From the NCBI GenBank assembly GCA_044892525.1, contig CM097885.1, positions 41,046,001-41,110,000 of the forward strand: a stretch of DNA of 64,000 nt, written 5' to 3'. Within the stretch, counting starts at the first letter, position 1; each line of letters opens with the position of its first letter. Positions 12,685 to 23,008 of this stretch are shown in pieces. The position numbers were made by a program, and so were the translations under genes. The notes beneath the pieces are model-generated. The model was not told the origin of the DNA, did no database searches, and saw only the letters and a program-made list of their open reading frames with translations. The DNA comes from Schmidtea polychroa (taxonomy: Eukaryota).

Positions 12685-15600
12685 ATGGAAGCTATTTTCA
12701 ATTGTGAAATTTGTGAAAAAAATTTTAAAAATAAAACTGCTTTAACATCTCATAAAAAATCAAAAGACCATTTAATAAAAGCTAACACACTAGATGACAC
12801 TAATTCCAAAATCTGTTCTAAATGTAAGGATAGATATTTATTTTCAGGTTATAAGAAGCATTTTAAAAATTGTATTGGAGTTCCTAAAAACAGAGAAATA
12901 TTCGAATGTTCAGCATGTGGAAAAAAGATGAAGATAAAATCTTTTTACTTAAGACACATAGAAGATTGTGGTCTTGAAGCAAAGGATTCTGATTCAAACT
13001 CAATGACTGAAAAAGCTGAAAAACTAGAGTTTAATTGGGACAACTTCAATCACACCGATGTAATTGTAGAAGTAAAACGAGGACCCAGATCAATCATGCA
13101 ATATATAAGAGAAAATAAAAAAAAATAATATCATCAATGGATAATGCTATAAAAAAATTTGGTAGATCAAGATTTAATGTTATAAAAGTTAAATTTACAG
13201 GAAATGCAAAATACTGGAGAGGAGATGATTCAATCGCAATGCCTCTAGATGTAAAAATTGAAACCTCATATAAATATTTATTTTCTACAAAAGCAGGAAA
13301 TAAACTTGTTAATGATATAGCTAAAGAATTGGAAGAAAAACAAGAACAGGTGGAACAAGAACTAGGAGAATCTAATTTAAGGTTCCACTCTTTTCAAAAT
13401 ATAGAGATTGAATACTGGAGAGGCGCACCACCAAATCCTAAATCTTTTATTCACACACCATTCACCTCCAACCATGTTATAAATGTACAGAATAAAGATA
13501 ATAAATGTTTTCAATGGTCAATACTTGCACACTTACATCCTCAAGCAACTAACCCACAGAGAGTTCAAAAATATGAAGAATATGAATCTGAATTAATTTA
13601 TCCAAAAGATTTTTCCCACCCAATGAAAATTGAAGATGTTCCAGCATTTGAAAAATTAAATAATCTTAAAATTAATATTTATCAATTCATTCCAACCAAA
13701 ATTACAAAAACTAGAAAAAATAAAAATTATAAACACATTATTCCTATTTACATTTCTAACATGGAAATCTCAGATGAAAAGAGAGAAGTAGATCTTTTAA
13801 TATTAGAAGAAGGTAAACCAGATGAAGACTTTGATGGAGAAGAATATGGTGAAGAGGTTCAAAGCGTTCACCCGAGGAGAGAAGCAGAAGAAGGCATTTC
13901 ATTAGAACCAGAAGCAGAAAGCACTGCGTCCGGAGGCACTATGTTAGATAAAAAACTTCATTATATCTTAATAAAGAATTTTCAAAGTTTTATGAAAGGA
14001 AACACACTCATTCGTGGAGGCATATGTTGTAAAAGATGTTTATATCATTCAAGTTCAAAACTTGCTGCTATTAAACATGAGAGACTCTGTTGTAAGAATC
14101 AACCTGCTTTAATAAAAATGCCACACAAGAAAAATGCTAATATGAGGTTTAAAAACTATTCCAATCTATTAGAAGCATTGGGAGTGGTTTATTGTGATTT
14201 TGAAGCTATAAATGTAAAACTAAGACGAACAAAAACTAATACTGTAAAACTAACAAAACAGTTACCCTCTGCTTATAAAATGTTTTTTAAAAGTAATTAT
14301 CCAGAACTTGTAGAATCTAGAGAATATTCATTTAGAGGAACTTCTGACAAAGAGACTCTAGATCATTTTGTTAAAACTTTAAATAATCTAGAACATGAAT
14401 TATATATAATATTAAAATCCAACTTTCCTATGAATTTTTCAGAAGAACAAGAGGAAGAATATAAAAATGCAACACACTGCTGGATGTGTAAACAAGAGTT
14501 TGATATTCAGGAGGAGGAGGATGAGGAGCCAAAGGTTGCAGACCATGATCATTTTAAAAGAGAAAATAATTACAGAGGAGCAGCCCATAAAAAATGTAAT
14601 CTCAATTGTAAAAAACCAACACACATACCATTTATATTTCACAATCTTTTTGGCTATGATATTCACCTATTCATTAAGCATCTGGCCGCAAATGCTAAAA
14701 ACTCTTTCAAGGTTATTGGACTTACAAAAGAAAAATATAAAAGCATTCAATATGGATGCTTTAAGTTTTTGGACTCGTTAAATTTCTTAGGGATGTCTTT
14801 GGATGGGATTGCTAAAACTATGAACCCTGAGGATTTTAAATATACAAAAGAACAAATATACAAATATACAAAAAAACAATATTCCATTAGAGGAATATAA
14901 TACCTGTCTAGCAAAAGGAATCTATCCATATGATTATATAGACTCCTTTGAAAAATATAATGAATTACTCCCACCCCAAGAAGATTTCTTTTCTGTTTTA
15001 ACACAATCAGGGATTTCTGATCAGGAATATTCCCGTGCAGTTAAAATGTGGAATCTATTCAACTGTAGAAACCTTGGAGAATATACTGACATGTATCTTT
15101 CCTTGGATGTTTATATCTTAGCTGATTGCTTCGAGACATTTTCAAAAGCTTTTGAATTAAAACCTTATAATTATATAACCGCTCCCTCTCTAGCTTGGGA
15201 TATATTATTATATACCATATGGACTGATGAAGATGTAGCAGTAAGAAATAAAACTATTGAATTATTAGTTGAGCTTGATATGTTTAATGTATATAAACAT
15301 AATATTAGAGGAGGTATTTCTTCAGTACAAGGGAATAGAGAAATAAATGCTAATAATTTTACAACTCTTTATCCTAAATTTTTCAAAGATCCTGATGCTC
15401 TATATGTAGAAATAACAAACCCAGAAGATCGTAAGGAAATAATGGAAGGTCTTTCTAATCCTTCTGAAATAATGTATATAGATGCAACAGCTTTATATGC
15501 GGGAGTAATGACTCAATACCTTCCAATTGGCAAGTTCACCTGGAAAGAACCCACTGAGGAATTAATACAAGAAATTCTAAAAACACCAAAAGATTCTCAA

Positions 15601-17085
15601 TTTGGATATGTTGTAGAATGTGATCTTGAATATCCCAATGAAATAAAATCCAGAACTAGATATTTTCCATTTGCTCCTGTAAGAAGAAAGATCTCTCCTG
15701 AAGAACTATCAGATTGGCAGATTGCTCAGAATAGAACACCATGTATAAAACTTTTATGTGATCAAACAGATAAAACTGATTATCTTTGTCATTATAGACT
15801 CCTCCAGTTTTATCTCTCACATGGATTGGTTTTAAAAAAAGTACATTCTATAATTAAATTCCGACAAGCTCCTTTTATGAAAAAATTCATCGAGGGAAAT
15901 ATCTTAAAAAGAAATGCAGCAAAGACAGCTGGAAATGCTTTTCTTGATATGATTTATAAACTTTTAAACAATGCAGTCTTTGGAAAGACAATGGAGAATA
16001 TTGATAAATATACTCGTGTAGAGCTCTTAACCAATACAACAAAAGATCTTAATAAATATAATCGAATAATTGGAAAGCCTACATTTAAAAATGCAGAGAT
16101 ATTCTCTAGTAACCTTATAGCTATAGAGATTAAAAACTCTGTAAAAACTTATAATAAACCAATCTTTATAGGTTTTTCAATTTTAGAACTTTCAAAGCTT
16201 CAAATGTATGAGACCTACTATGATGTTCTAGTACCCCATTTTGGAGATCGAATATCCATGCATGCTATGGACACTGATAGTATGTTTTTAAAAGGTCATA
16301 GTAAAGATTTAAAAAAGGAAATAAGTGAAAACGAAACCTTAAATAAATTAATAAACAACTCTGGAGAATTATTTACTTTTAAAGATGAAAAACCAAATAC
16401 TCCAATAAGTGGAGGAGTGTTTATTAGACCTAAACAATATTCTCTTGAAATGAAAGACAAACCAATTATGAAAGAGCATACAATAAAATTTATAATAGGG
16501 GAGGGAGAAGGATCTATTGAAATAGATCACACATTTGAATATCCTTCATTCCCTGAAAACCCGAAAAGCTATAAAGAAAATAAAAGTAAAGGAATTCAAA
16601 AATCAGTGTCAAAAACCTTCACACATCAAGAGTATAAAGATTCATTAAATATAAATTATAAAAATAAAATTGCTAAAACCCATCATCTTAAATCAGAGAA
16701 ACATAATATATATCTTGAAGAGTGTAACAAGATTGCTATAACAAATTATGATGATAAAAGATTTATACTTTCTGACTTGAAGACAACATTACCTATTGGA
16801 AATGATTTAATCCCTATAATAAAAAATCTTGATAAAATAAATGAAATTTATAACCTAGAGATTACAGACCTTCAACTTGCTAAAGTAGAAATCCAATATC
16901 CTGAAATATTAATTCCTAAACCTTTATATAATCAAGTTCAAAATATAAAACCTATAGAACTTAAATATTTTAATACTGATCCTGAATATATCCAAGGACT
17001 AACACCAGAAGACTTTAAATCACATAAATTAATGTTAAAAAGCATTACTGCAGAAATAATTATAAATCAATTACGACTGGTCTAA
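12685..17085 (+). pseudogene. Protein-primed family B DNA polymerase (pPolB) with N-terminal zinc fingers and endonuclease VII-like insert; split by two frameshifts
   Basis: ORFs 12685-13128 (C2H2-like fingers), 13137-14900 (exo I YCDFEA, DHDH..YRGAAH..CNL, exo II FHNLFGYD) and 15046-17085 (motif A YIDATALY, B KLLNNAVFGK, C DTDS, YDDKR). A shift in the A9 run at 13117-13125 joins ORF1 to ORF2. A shift near 14850-14880 joins ORF2 to KGIYPYDYIDS upstream of 15046. Confidence 0.93.
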
Positions 17086-17109
17086 GAATTAGAATTTTAA
17101 CACTATAAA

Positions 17110-17664
17110 ATGATGGAAACTAAAAATCAAGAAAATAACATTTTTGAAATTATAAAAAATATTACTAATTTAAAGGATAACAGATGTAAAGGAATACAGA
17201 GAGTGGTGGCAAAGAATCTTTCTCATCAAGATTATATAGATACATTGAATCCAAATCATAAAGATAAAATTGATGAAATACATCAACTTAAAAGTGAAAA
17301 CCATGATATTCACTTGATAGAATCTCAAAAAGTATCATTATCAAATTATGATGATAAGAGATTCATACTAAGTGATTTAAAGACAACTCTACCTATTGGA
17401 AATAATTTAATCCCTATAATAAAAAATCTAGAAAAGTTGAATAAGTTATATGATACAAAGATTACTGATCTTGATATTTATAATGTTGAAATTATTTATC
17501 CCGAGAGAGAAATCGAGAAACCTTTATATTCTCAAGTTTTTAATCCTATATGTTTAGAACTTAAATATTTTAATACTGATCCTGAATATATAAAAGGTCT
17601 AAGTGATAAAGAATTTAAAGATCATAAATTAATGATTCATAGGTTGGCTTTCAACCATAACTGA
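17110..17664 (+). CDS. Stand-alone paralogue of the pPolB C-terminal (thumb plus tail) region, 184 aa
   Basis: Colinear with the last ~165 aa of pPolB (KGIQ...NYDDKRFILSDLKTTLPIGN...ELKYFNTDPEYI...HKLM). Has its own aaaATG start and an intact frame. Confidence 0.9.
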   Translation: MMETKNQENNIFEIIKNITNLKDNRCKGIQRVVAKNLSHQDYIDTLNPNHKDKIDEIHQLKSENHDIHLIESQKVSLSNYDDKRFILSDLKTTLPIGNNLIPIIKNLEKLNKLYDTKITDLDIYNVEIIYPEREIEKPLYSQVFNPICLELKYFNTDPEYIKGLSDKEFKDHKLMIHRLAFNHN

Positions 17665-17750
17665 AACCAACGATATTTAATAATAAAATGTCGACAATTA
17701 ATTTAAGCAACTATAGCAACCTGATCTACTTTTTTAAAAATACACCCATT

Positions 17751-18347
17751 TTATAAGTAAGAATTCTTTAACCATTTTTCTCGAGATGTTTTTTTATTAC
17801 TTATAACATTAGCCACCATGCCCTCCCTTTTTAATCTTATAACCTCATTCTTTATATCTTGTATTATTTGATTTGATTTCATTATTTCTTCGTCTGTCAG
17901 GATTCCATCTTCCAAAGCTTTTAATTGAAATAAAAATAATTTAGAGATTCCTAATTCTATTGATAAACAAACTTCTCTATATAAACTTTTCTTTTTAGAA
18001 GTATAAGATAATGAAACTATTTCAGTTAAGAAACCATCAGCCACAGAAATACTTCCAAGTATTACAGGTGCAAGAGTAACAACTGGTAAAGTTATGGGTA
18101 AAATAACTGTTAATATTGCAGATGCAAATCCTAAAGAATAACCTATAACTTTTAAAACTGTATTCCCTTTATTCCATCTATTTTTAATTTTTTTATAATG
18201 CTTTAATAAATCTTGTAAATGTAAGGTTTCTGATTTAAATTCTTTTACTCTCATAATTTCAAGTTCTGTGGGAGCCGAGGCCTTGGAAGAATAATATCCT
18301 GATGATCTCAATTCTGGATAAATTTTTTCTTCTCTTACTTCTTCCAT
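17751..18347 (-). CDS. Polinton membrane protein with central hydrophobic hairpin and N-terminal late-domain-like motifs, 198 aa
   Basis: IYPEL and ASAP near the N-terminus; amphipathic helix; hydrophobic stretch VLKVIGYSLGFASAILTVILPITLPVVTLAPVILGSISV; KALEDGILTDEE motif that I recall from Polinton accessory proteins. Confidence 0.75.
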   Translation of the reverse strand: MEEVREEKIYPELRSSGYYSSKASAPTELEIMRVKEFKSETLHLQDLLKHYKKIKNRWNKGNTVLKVIGYSLGFASAILTVILPITLPVVTLAPVILGSISVADGFLTEIVSLSYTSKKKSLYREVCLSIELGISKLFLFQLKALEDGILTDEEIMKSNQIIQDIKNEVIRLKREGMVANVISNKKTSREKWLKNSYL

Positions 18348-18355
18348 TTTAATAA

Positions 18356-19366
18356 TTAAAAAAATAAGACTTTATTCTTCTGAGCACCATCTGGCACCAA
18401 TACTCGGATATCAAAAGAAACTCTTTTTGAGAGGATATCTTTATACAATTCTCTCAATGCTTTACGAACTTCATCAACATCAACCTTTTTTTCATAAAAT
18501 ATTAAATCTATATATTGTACAAGTGAACTAGAAAAATGAATATTCTTACTTTTAACTTTATGTAGTCCATGTGAATGAGTATTAACATACCAATCTCCGT
18601 GTGGTAAATCATAACTAGTCATTATAACATCACCCTTTTCAAGCTTACTATTATAATCACATTTCACAAACCATTTCATTCTTTCATTATCATCATCAAA
18701 CAAAAAGAAATAAGGATCAATAATTTTTACAACCATAAAAACACCCCATTCTTTACTGTTTGTTGTTATTAAACTTGGTTCTATAAAATGTTTATATGTA
18801 TGGGGTAATAATGTTTTATTCTGTTCTAATTCAGCAGCTCTTTTTCTAATACTATGTGTGGTGTTAATGTGTGTTTCATGAGACTCTAAATTTGAAATTC
18901 TTTTATTAAATGATGTAATCATCTCATTTATTATTTTATATATTGTATTAAATTTAGTATTCATAATTTGTTTATCTTTAGAATTTAATATAGCAGTATT
19001 TAACTTTACAACTTGTTCAGTTAACAGACTTTGTAACTTGTCAAATTTATCATTAAATCGTTGTTCGATATTATTAAGCTTTGATTCCATTGAATCAATT
19101 TTTGTTGTTAATGAACTTTCTATTCTTGTTGTTTTTAAATCAGTATATTTTTTAACACCATCTACATATTTCTTATTAACTGCATCAGCTTCATCAGTTG
19201 GAAAAGATAATTCTTTTATCTTGTGTCCATTTAAAATTAAATCACCCTTCATTGAATCACCTCTTTCATTAATATATTTATTTTCTGTTAAAGTTAATAT
19301 TTCTTCTGTATTAAACCCTGTTTTTATTGTTCCACCACCTCTATTACATGGAATATAAGAACTCAT
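18356..19366 (-). CDS. Putative fibre/spike protein, 336 aa
   Basis: GDSMKGDLILNGHKIKELSFPTDEADAVNKKYVD matches the trimeric fibre/autotransporter neck motif (GDxMxGxL...DAxNKxYVD). It is followed by a heptad coiled coil and a globular C-terminus, and lies next to the penton gene. Confidence 0.7.
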   Translation of the reverse strand: MSSYIPCNRGGGTIKTGFNTEEILTLTENKYINERGDSMKGDLILNGHKIKELSFPTDEADAVNKKYVDGVKKYTDLKTTRIESSLTTKIDSMESKLNNIEQRFNDKFDKLQSLLTEQVVKLNTAILNSKDKQIMNTKFNTIYKIINEMITSFNKRISNLESHETHINTTHSIRKRAAELEQNKTLLPHTYKHFIEPSLITTNSKEWGVFMVVKIIDPYFFLFDDDNERMKWFVKCDYNSKLEKGDVIMTSYDLPHGDWYVNTHSHGLHKVKSKNIHFSSSLVQYIDLIFYEKKVDVDEVRKALRELYKDILSKRVSFDIRVLVPDGAQKNKVLFF

Positions 19367-19406
19367 TTATTAATAATTTAAAATGGACGGAGTCCCCTGA
19401 GAGGAA

Positions 19407-20171
19407 CTAAACCTGTTTCAAATGTAAATACATTGAAATCTCTTCTCCATTAAAATCAATCAATTCTCCTTCTTGATTAAGAATTTTAAAATTAATATCC
19501 ATTATATATTTTCTACATAAAGGTAAATAATTTGGAGGATTCATTCTTTCAACTATTTTATATCCCATAGGAACTGTGTTTGAGGGAAAGGAATATAAAA
19601 CATTTGTTTGTTTACCATTATTATAAGAACCTGTTATACAATCGCAATGAATATTTATTGTGTTTGTATTTATTATTTTTATAATATGTTCTGATGTTAT
19701 TATTTTATCTTCTTTTATTGTTATATCCATAGGTTTAAATCCTAAAACTGTGTGAAAGAAACAATTATCTAAAAAACTAATTTTTATATTCTTCAAAGTC
19801 ATTACACATTTTGAAGTTGGTATATCCATTTTAATTTTAATACCTTCATTTGTTTTTTTAGAAAGTATATCATTTAAATCTTTTATCTCATATGCCCCAG
19901 GTTCTATTGTTATAATTTCTGGTTTATGCCCATCACGAGTTTGAATAGTAAATTTATTATTATCTTTAGTTATATTAAAAATAGTATTATAAGCACAAAA
20001 CCATAATAGCCCCAATTCATAATTTAAATTTTGATCTAATTTAATTGAATCTTGAAAGTTTATAGTAAACTCTGATTCTTTTGAATTTATAGATAAAGTT
20101 CTTGAATATTTATCTGACATTATGTTTACCATTTTTTTTAAATTATCTTCCGGAGGGTTGTGAAGCTCCAT
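19407..20171 (-). CDS. Minor capsid protein (penton, single jelly roll), 254 aa
   Basis: Motifs F..SIKL....YELGL, IEPGAYEI.DLN, INIHCDCITGSY..G....VLYSF and ILNQEGELIDFNGE...LHLK are typical of Polinton pentons. Confidence 0.88.
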   Translation of the reverse strand: MELHNPPEDNLKKMVNIMSDKYSRTLSINSKESEFTINFQDSIKLDQNLNYELGLLWFCAYNTIFNITKDNNKFTIQTRDGHKPEIITIEPGAYEIKDLNDILSKKTNEGIKIKMDIPTSKCVMTLKNIKISFLDNCFFHTVLGFKPMDITIKEDKIITSEHIIKIINTNTINIHCDCITGSYNNGKQTNVLYSFPSNTVPMGYKIVERMNPPNYLPLCRKYIMDINFKILNQEGELIDFNGEEISMYLHLKQV

Positions 20172-20219
20172 TTCTTTAGTAGTAAATTCATATAGTAAAA
20201 ATCCTTATAGTAAAAATCC

Positions 20220-20684
20220 TTATAGTAGAGATTCTAGATCATTATAAATTTCTTGAATTATAGATTCAAAATCCTGCGTATGCCCCTTTCCCTCTCCCTT
20301 ATTCAATCTATACAAAACATATAAACTTAAAATACCACATATTTTAGTATTCAAAGGTTGAACTTGTTAAGAGTTAAAAGTATAACCATTTGGGGAATCA
20401 ATCGGAGAACCCCTCAAGAGATAATCTTCAACTTCTTTAGTAGGTTTAATCCCAAAAGAATCAAAGTAGATAGATTTCTTATATATACAAACCCAATGAG
20501 ATCCTTTTTCATTTGAATTTTGATAATTGATTATTATATTCAGGGGACTCTCCAGACTTGATAATTCATCATTCATTAATATTTTAATTTTTAAATTTAA
20601 ATAATTTGCATAATCTTTTAAATCAAAATTTGTTTTTGCATTTATTCCAAATGTTTTTAAAAAATCTAATATTGAAGGAGTCAT
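20220..20684 (-). pseudogene. Adenain-like cysteine maturation protease with one in-frame stop
   Basis: GSHWVC (catalytic His) and YFDSFG (Asp) precede TAA at 20367-20369. The same frame continues QVQPLNTKICG (Gln, catalytic Cys)...DLESLL to a stop at 20220-20222; 154 codons in total. Confidence 0.92.
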
Positions 20685-20706
20685 TTTGTATTTTAAAACT
20701 TCGTAT

Positions 20707-21600
20707 TTATAACTTCGTATACTTATTAAATTTATCTTTTGAAATTATTCCTTGTTTTAACAAATCTTTAGAAATCTTTAAAATATCAGAATCTAAATTA
20801 TTATGTCCTGCTTTCCTTGCAGCTAATAGTTTTCTTAATTCAATAAAAAGATTGATGGGATTTGGTTTACCACCTTCACTAATTAATCCCTCTCCCTCTG
20901 TAACAACATAACCCTTTTCATTTTTATTTAAATAATTCTCTAAATCTTGAATATATTTTGCTTTAGAACTAGCTCTTATTAATCTTATTAAATTTAAATA
21001 TTTTTTAATTTCTTCAACATCATCTGAAGAATATCCACAAAGTAATCTATAAAAATCATCTGTAAATTCAAAGTCTAAATATTCATTATTATAAACATTT
21101 TGTGAATGAATACGTGATTTATTTTCTGAATTTGAATATAAAGTAAAGTTTTGTTTATTAATTGTTATTATTTGATATCCTTCAGTATTAGTATTAAATG
21201 TGGGTCTAATTGAAGGAGGTAAATCATCTCTAATTTTAGGATCAACTTTAAGAGGTTTTGTTTTTAAAAACATTTCTTCTTCTTCCACATTAGAAATTCT
21301 TCTGCGTTTTCTTTGATTTCTTTCAGAATGACTTTCAGGATGGTTTTCACTGGATTCTTTTTCTTTATCCTGCCACTCTAGTTCTTTTATTTTTTGTTTT
21401 TTATCTTCTAACTCTTTAAATTTTGCTTGCTCATTGAAATCTTCCAACTCTTTTATAGCTTTAATTGTTGGCCCCTGTTGTTGTGTTATTACCTCATTTA
21501 ATATTATAGATTCAGCATGTTGAGTTGTATCTTTTTTATTATATTTATCTTGTTCTGATTGTAATTTTTTTAAAAGTGCTAATCTTTCTTCATATACCAT
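20707..21600 (-). CDS. Conserved Polinton protein (putative core protein), 297 aa
   Basis: N-terminal coiled coil; basic RKRRR patch; C-terminal NPINLFIELRKLLAARKAGHN...I...L...GII resembling a motif recurrent in Polinton proteins, preceded by GEG/EGG candidate cleavage sites. Confidence 0.7.
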   Translation of the reverse strand: MVYEERLALLKKLQSEQDKYNKKDTTQHAESIILNEVITQQQGPTIKAIKELEDFNEQAKFKELEDKKQKIKELEWQDKEKESSENHPESHSERNQRKRRRISNVEEEEMFLKTKPLKVDPKIRDDLPPSIRPTFNTNTEGYQIITINKQNFTLYSNSENKSRIHSQNVYNNEYLDFEFTDDFYRLLCGYSSDDVEEIKKYLNLIRLIRASSKAKYIQDLENYLNKNEKGYVVTEGEGLISEGGKPNPINLFIELRKLLAARKAGHNNLDSDILKISKDLLKQGIISKDKFNKYTKL

Positions 21601-21622
21601 TTTAATGGTATCAAAAATGGTA

Positions 21623-22190
21623 TCATAGTTCGAAGGGCTTCAAGTATAATCCTTTACCATTTTTAGTTTTACAAAGGCATCCATTCTTTAAAGATTTACA
21701 TATTTTTTTTAAATCTTCTTTATCTTTTGAAGATAAAGATTCAGATGTAGAAATTTGATTTTTTAAAAAATCATTTAAACCTCTACCTTTATAAGGATCA
21801 AGATAGAGACCTTTGCCCTGAGACTTTTGCCGACTCCCCTCATATGGATTAAGATAGAGACCCTTTCCAACGGACACTCCCCCCTACCTTCTTCATTGAA
21901 TCGATTTCAGTTTGTAGTTTTTCTTTTTCTAGGTCTGTCTTTTGAGATTCTTTAGCTTTTTGAACTGTAGTTGCCATTCCTCCAGCTATTCCAGCAGCAC
22001 CTGATAAACCAGCAATGATTGCAGGTATTAAAGCAGCTAATGGAAGAATGCCACCTTCTTTAGCTTCGTGGAGCTTCGCTCTAACTTGTTCTTTTACATG
22101 TTTTCCAATAAAATATTTTTTACCATCAATTACTACTGATTTATTTTTATTTGAATTTATTAATTCTTGCAAAGATTCTTCAGTTGTCAT
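21623..22190 (-). pseudogene. Adenovirus pX(mu)-like core protein precursor; one frameshift joins ORFs 21849-22190 and 21623-21877
   Basis: EGGILPLAALIPAIIAGLSGAAGIA resembles the adenovirus pX C-terminus (GGILPLLIPLIAAAIGAVPGIA). Removing one base from the C6 run at 21879-21884 gives KVGGVSVGKGLYLNPY, continuing into three GKGLYLxP repeats. Confidence 0.75.
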
Positions 22191-22205
22191 TTTATAATAA
22201 ACAAA

Positions 22206-22997
22206 ATGGATATTTGGAAACCAATTTTAAATAGACATAAGAGTAAATTTAATAATAAAGTATTTCCTGATAATTTTAGATTATTAATTGTTGGTTCTTC
22301 TGGATGTGGAAAGAATGTACTTGTTTTGAGAATGTTACTTGAAGATGATTTTTTAGATTATAATAATTTAATCTTTTATTCTACAACCATAAATCAACCA
22401 GAATTACAACTTTTGAAATATGGATTTAAAAATAAATTAACTAAAAAAGCAATAATTGATATTTTTAAAAATCAACATAGGTGTCCTGAAGAAGTTTTTC
22501 AACCTTGTGATATGGTTGATTGGTATAAGGAAAAGATTTTAGAATCAGATATTAGTAATAAAAATGATTATATTTGTGAAGAAGGGCAGGAGGCAATTCA
22601 AGTTTTATTCTCTAATAAACCTGAAGATGTTTTACATTGTGATTTACTTCCTAAAGATAAAAAGAATCTAGTTATATTTGATGATGTTGTTAATATGAAA
22701 AATCAAGAGATTCAAAAGAGTTACTTTACACGAGGTCGACATAATAATTGTAATGTTATTTATATATCTCAAACATATTATGCTTTAGATAAAAATTCAA
22801 TAAGAAATAATTCCAATTGTTTTATATTTTTTAAATCAGATCGCCGTGATAAGAATATGATTTATAATGATTTATTTTCAAATGTTGAACCTGATAAGAA
22901 TATGTTTGATATGTTTGTTGATAATCATTGGAAAGAAAAATATAATTATATTTATTTGGATAGAGAAGAAGCTGAAATATGGAAAAGTTTATTTTAG
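22206..22997 (+). CDS. A32/FtsK-like DNA packaging ATPase, 263 aa
   Basis: Walker A GSSGCGKN, Walker B LVIFDD, RGRH arginine finger, ISQ..Y...IRNN. Probable start is aaaATG at 22206. Confidence 0.95.
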   Translation: MDIWKPILNRHKSKFNNKVFPDNFRLLIVGSSGCGKNVLVLRMLLEDDFLDYNNLIFYSTTINQPELQLLKYGFKNKLTKKAIIDIFKNQHRCPEEVFQPCDMVDWYKEKILESDISNKNDYICEEGQEAIQVLFSNKPEDVLHCDLLPKDKKNLVIFDDVVNMKNQEIQKSYFTRGRHNNCNVIYISQTYYALDKNSIRNNSNCFIFFKSDRRDKNMIYNDLFSNVEPDKNMFDMFVDNHWKEKYNYIYLDREEAEIWKSLF

Positions 22998-23008
22998 GGC
23001 TTGTCGAC

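Noticed and set aside
18836..18850. Furin site (IRKR) in the fibre-like protein
   Set aside because: Lacks the P4 arginine of R-X-K/R-R.
22167..22205. TTG start of the ATPase ORF in the track
   Set aside because: It overlaps the divergent gene; ATG at 22206 has the element's typical aaaATG context.
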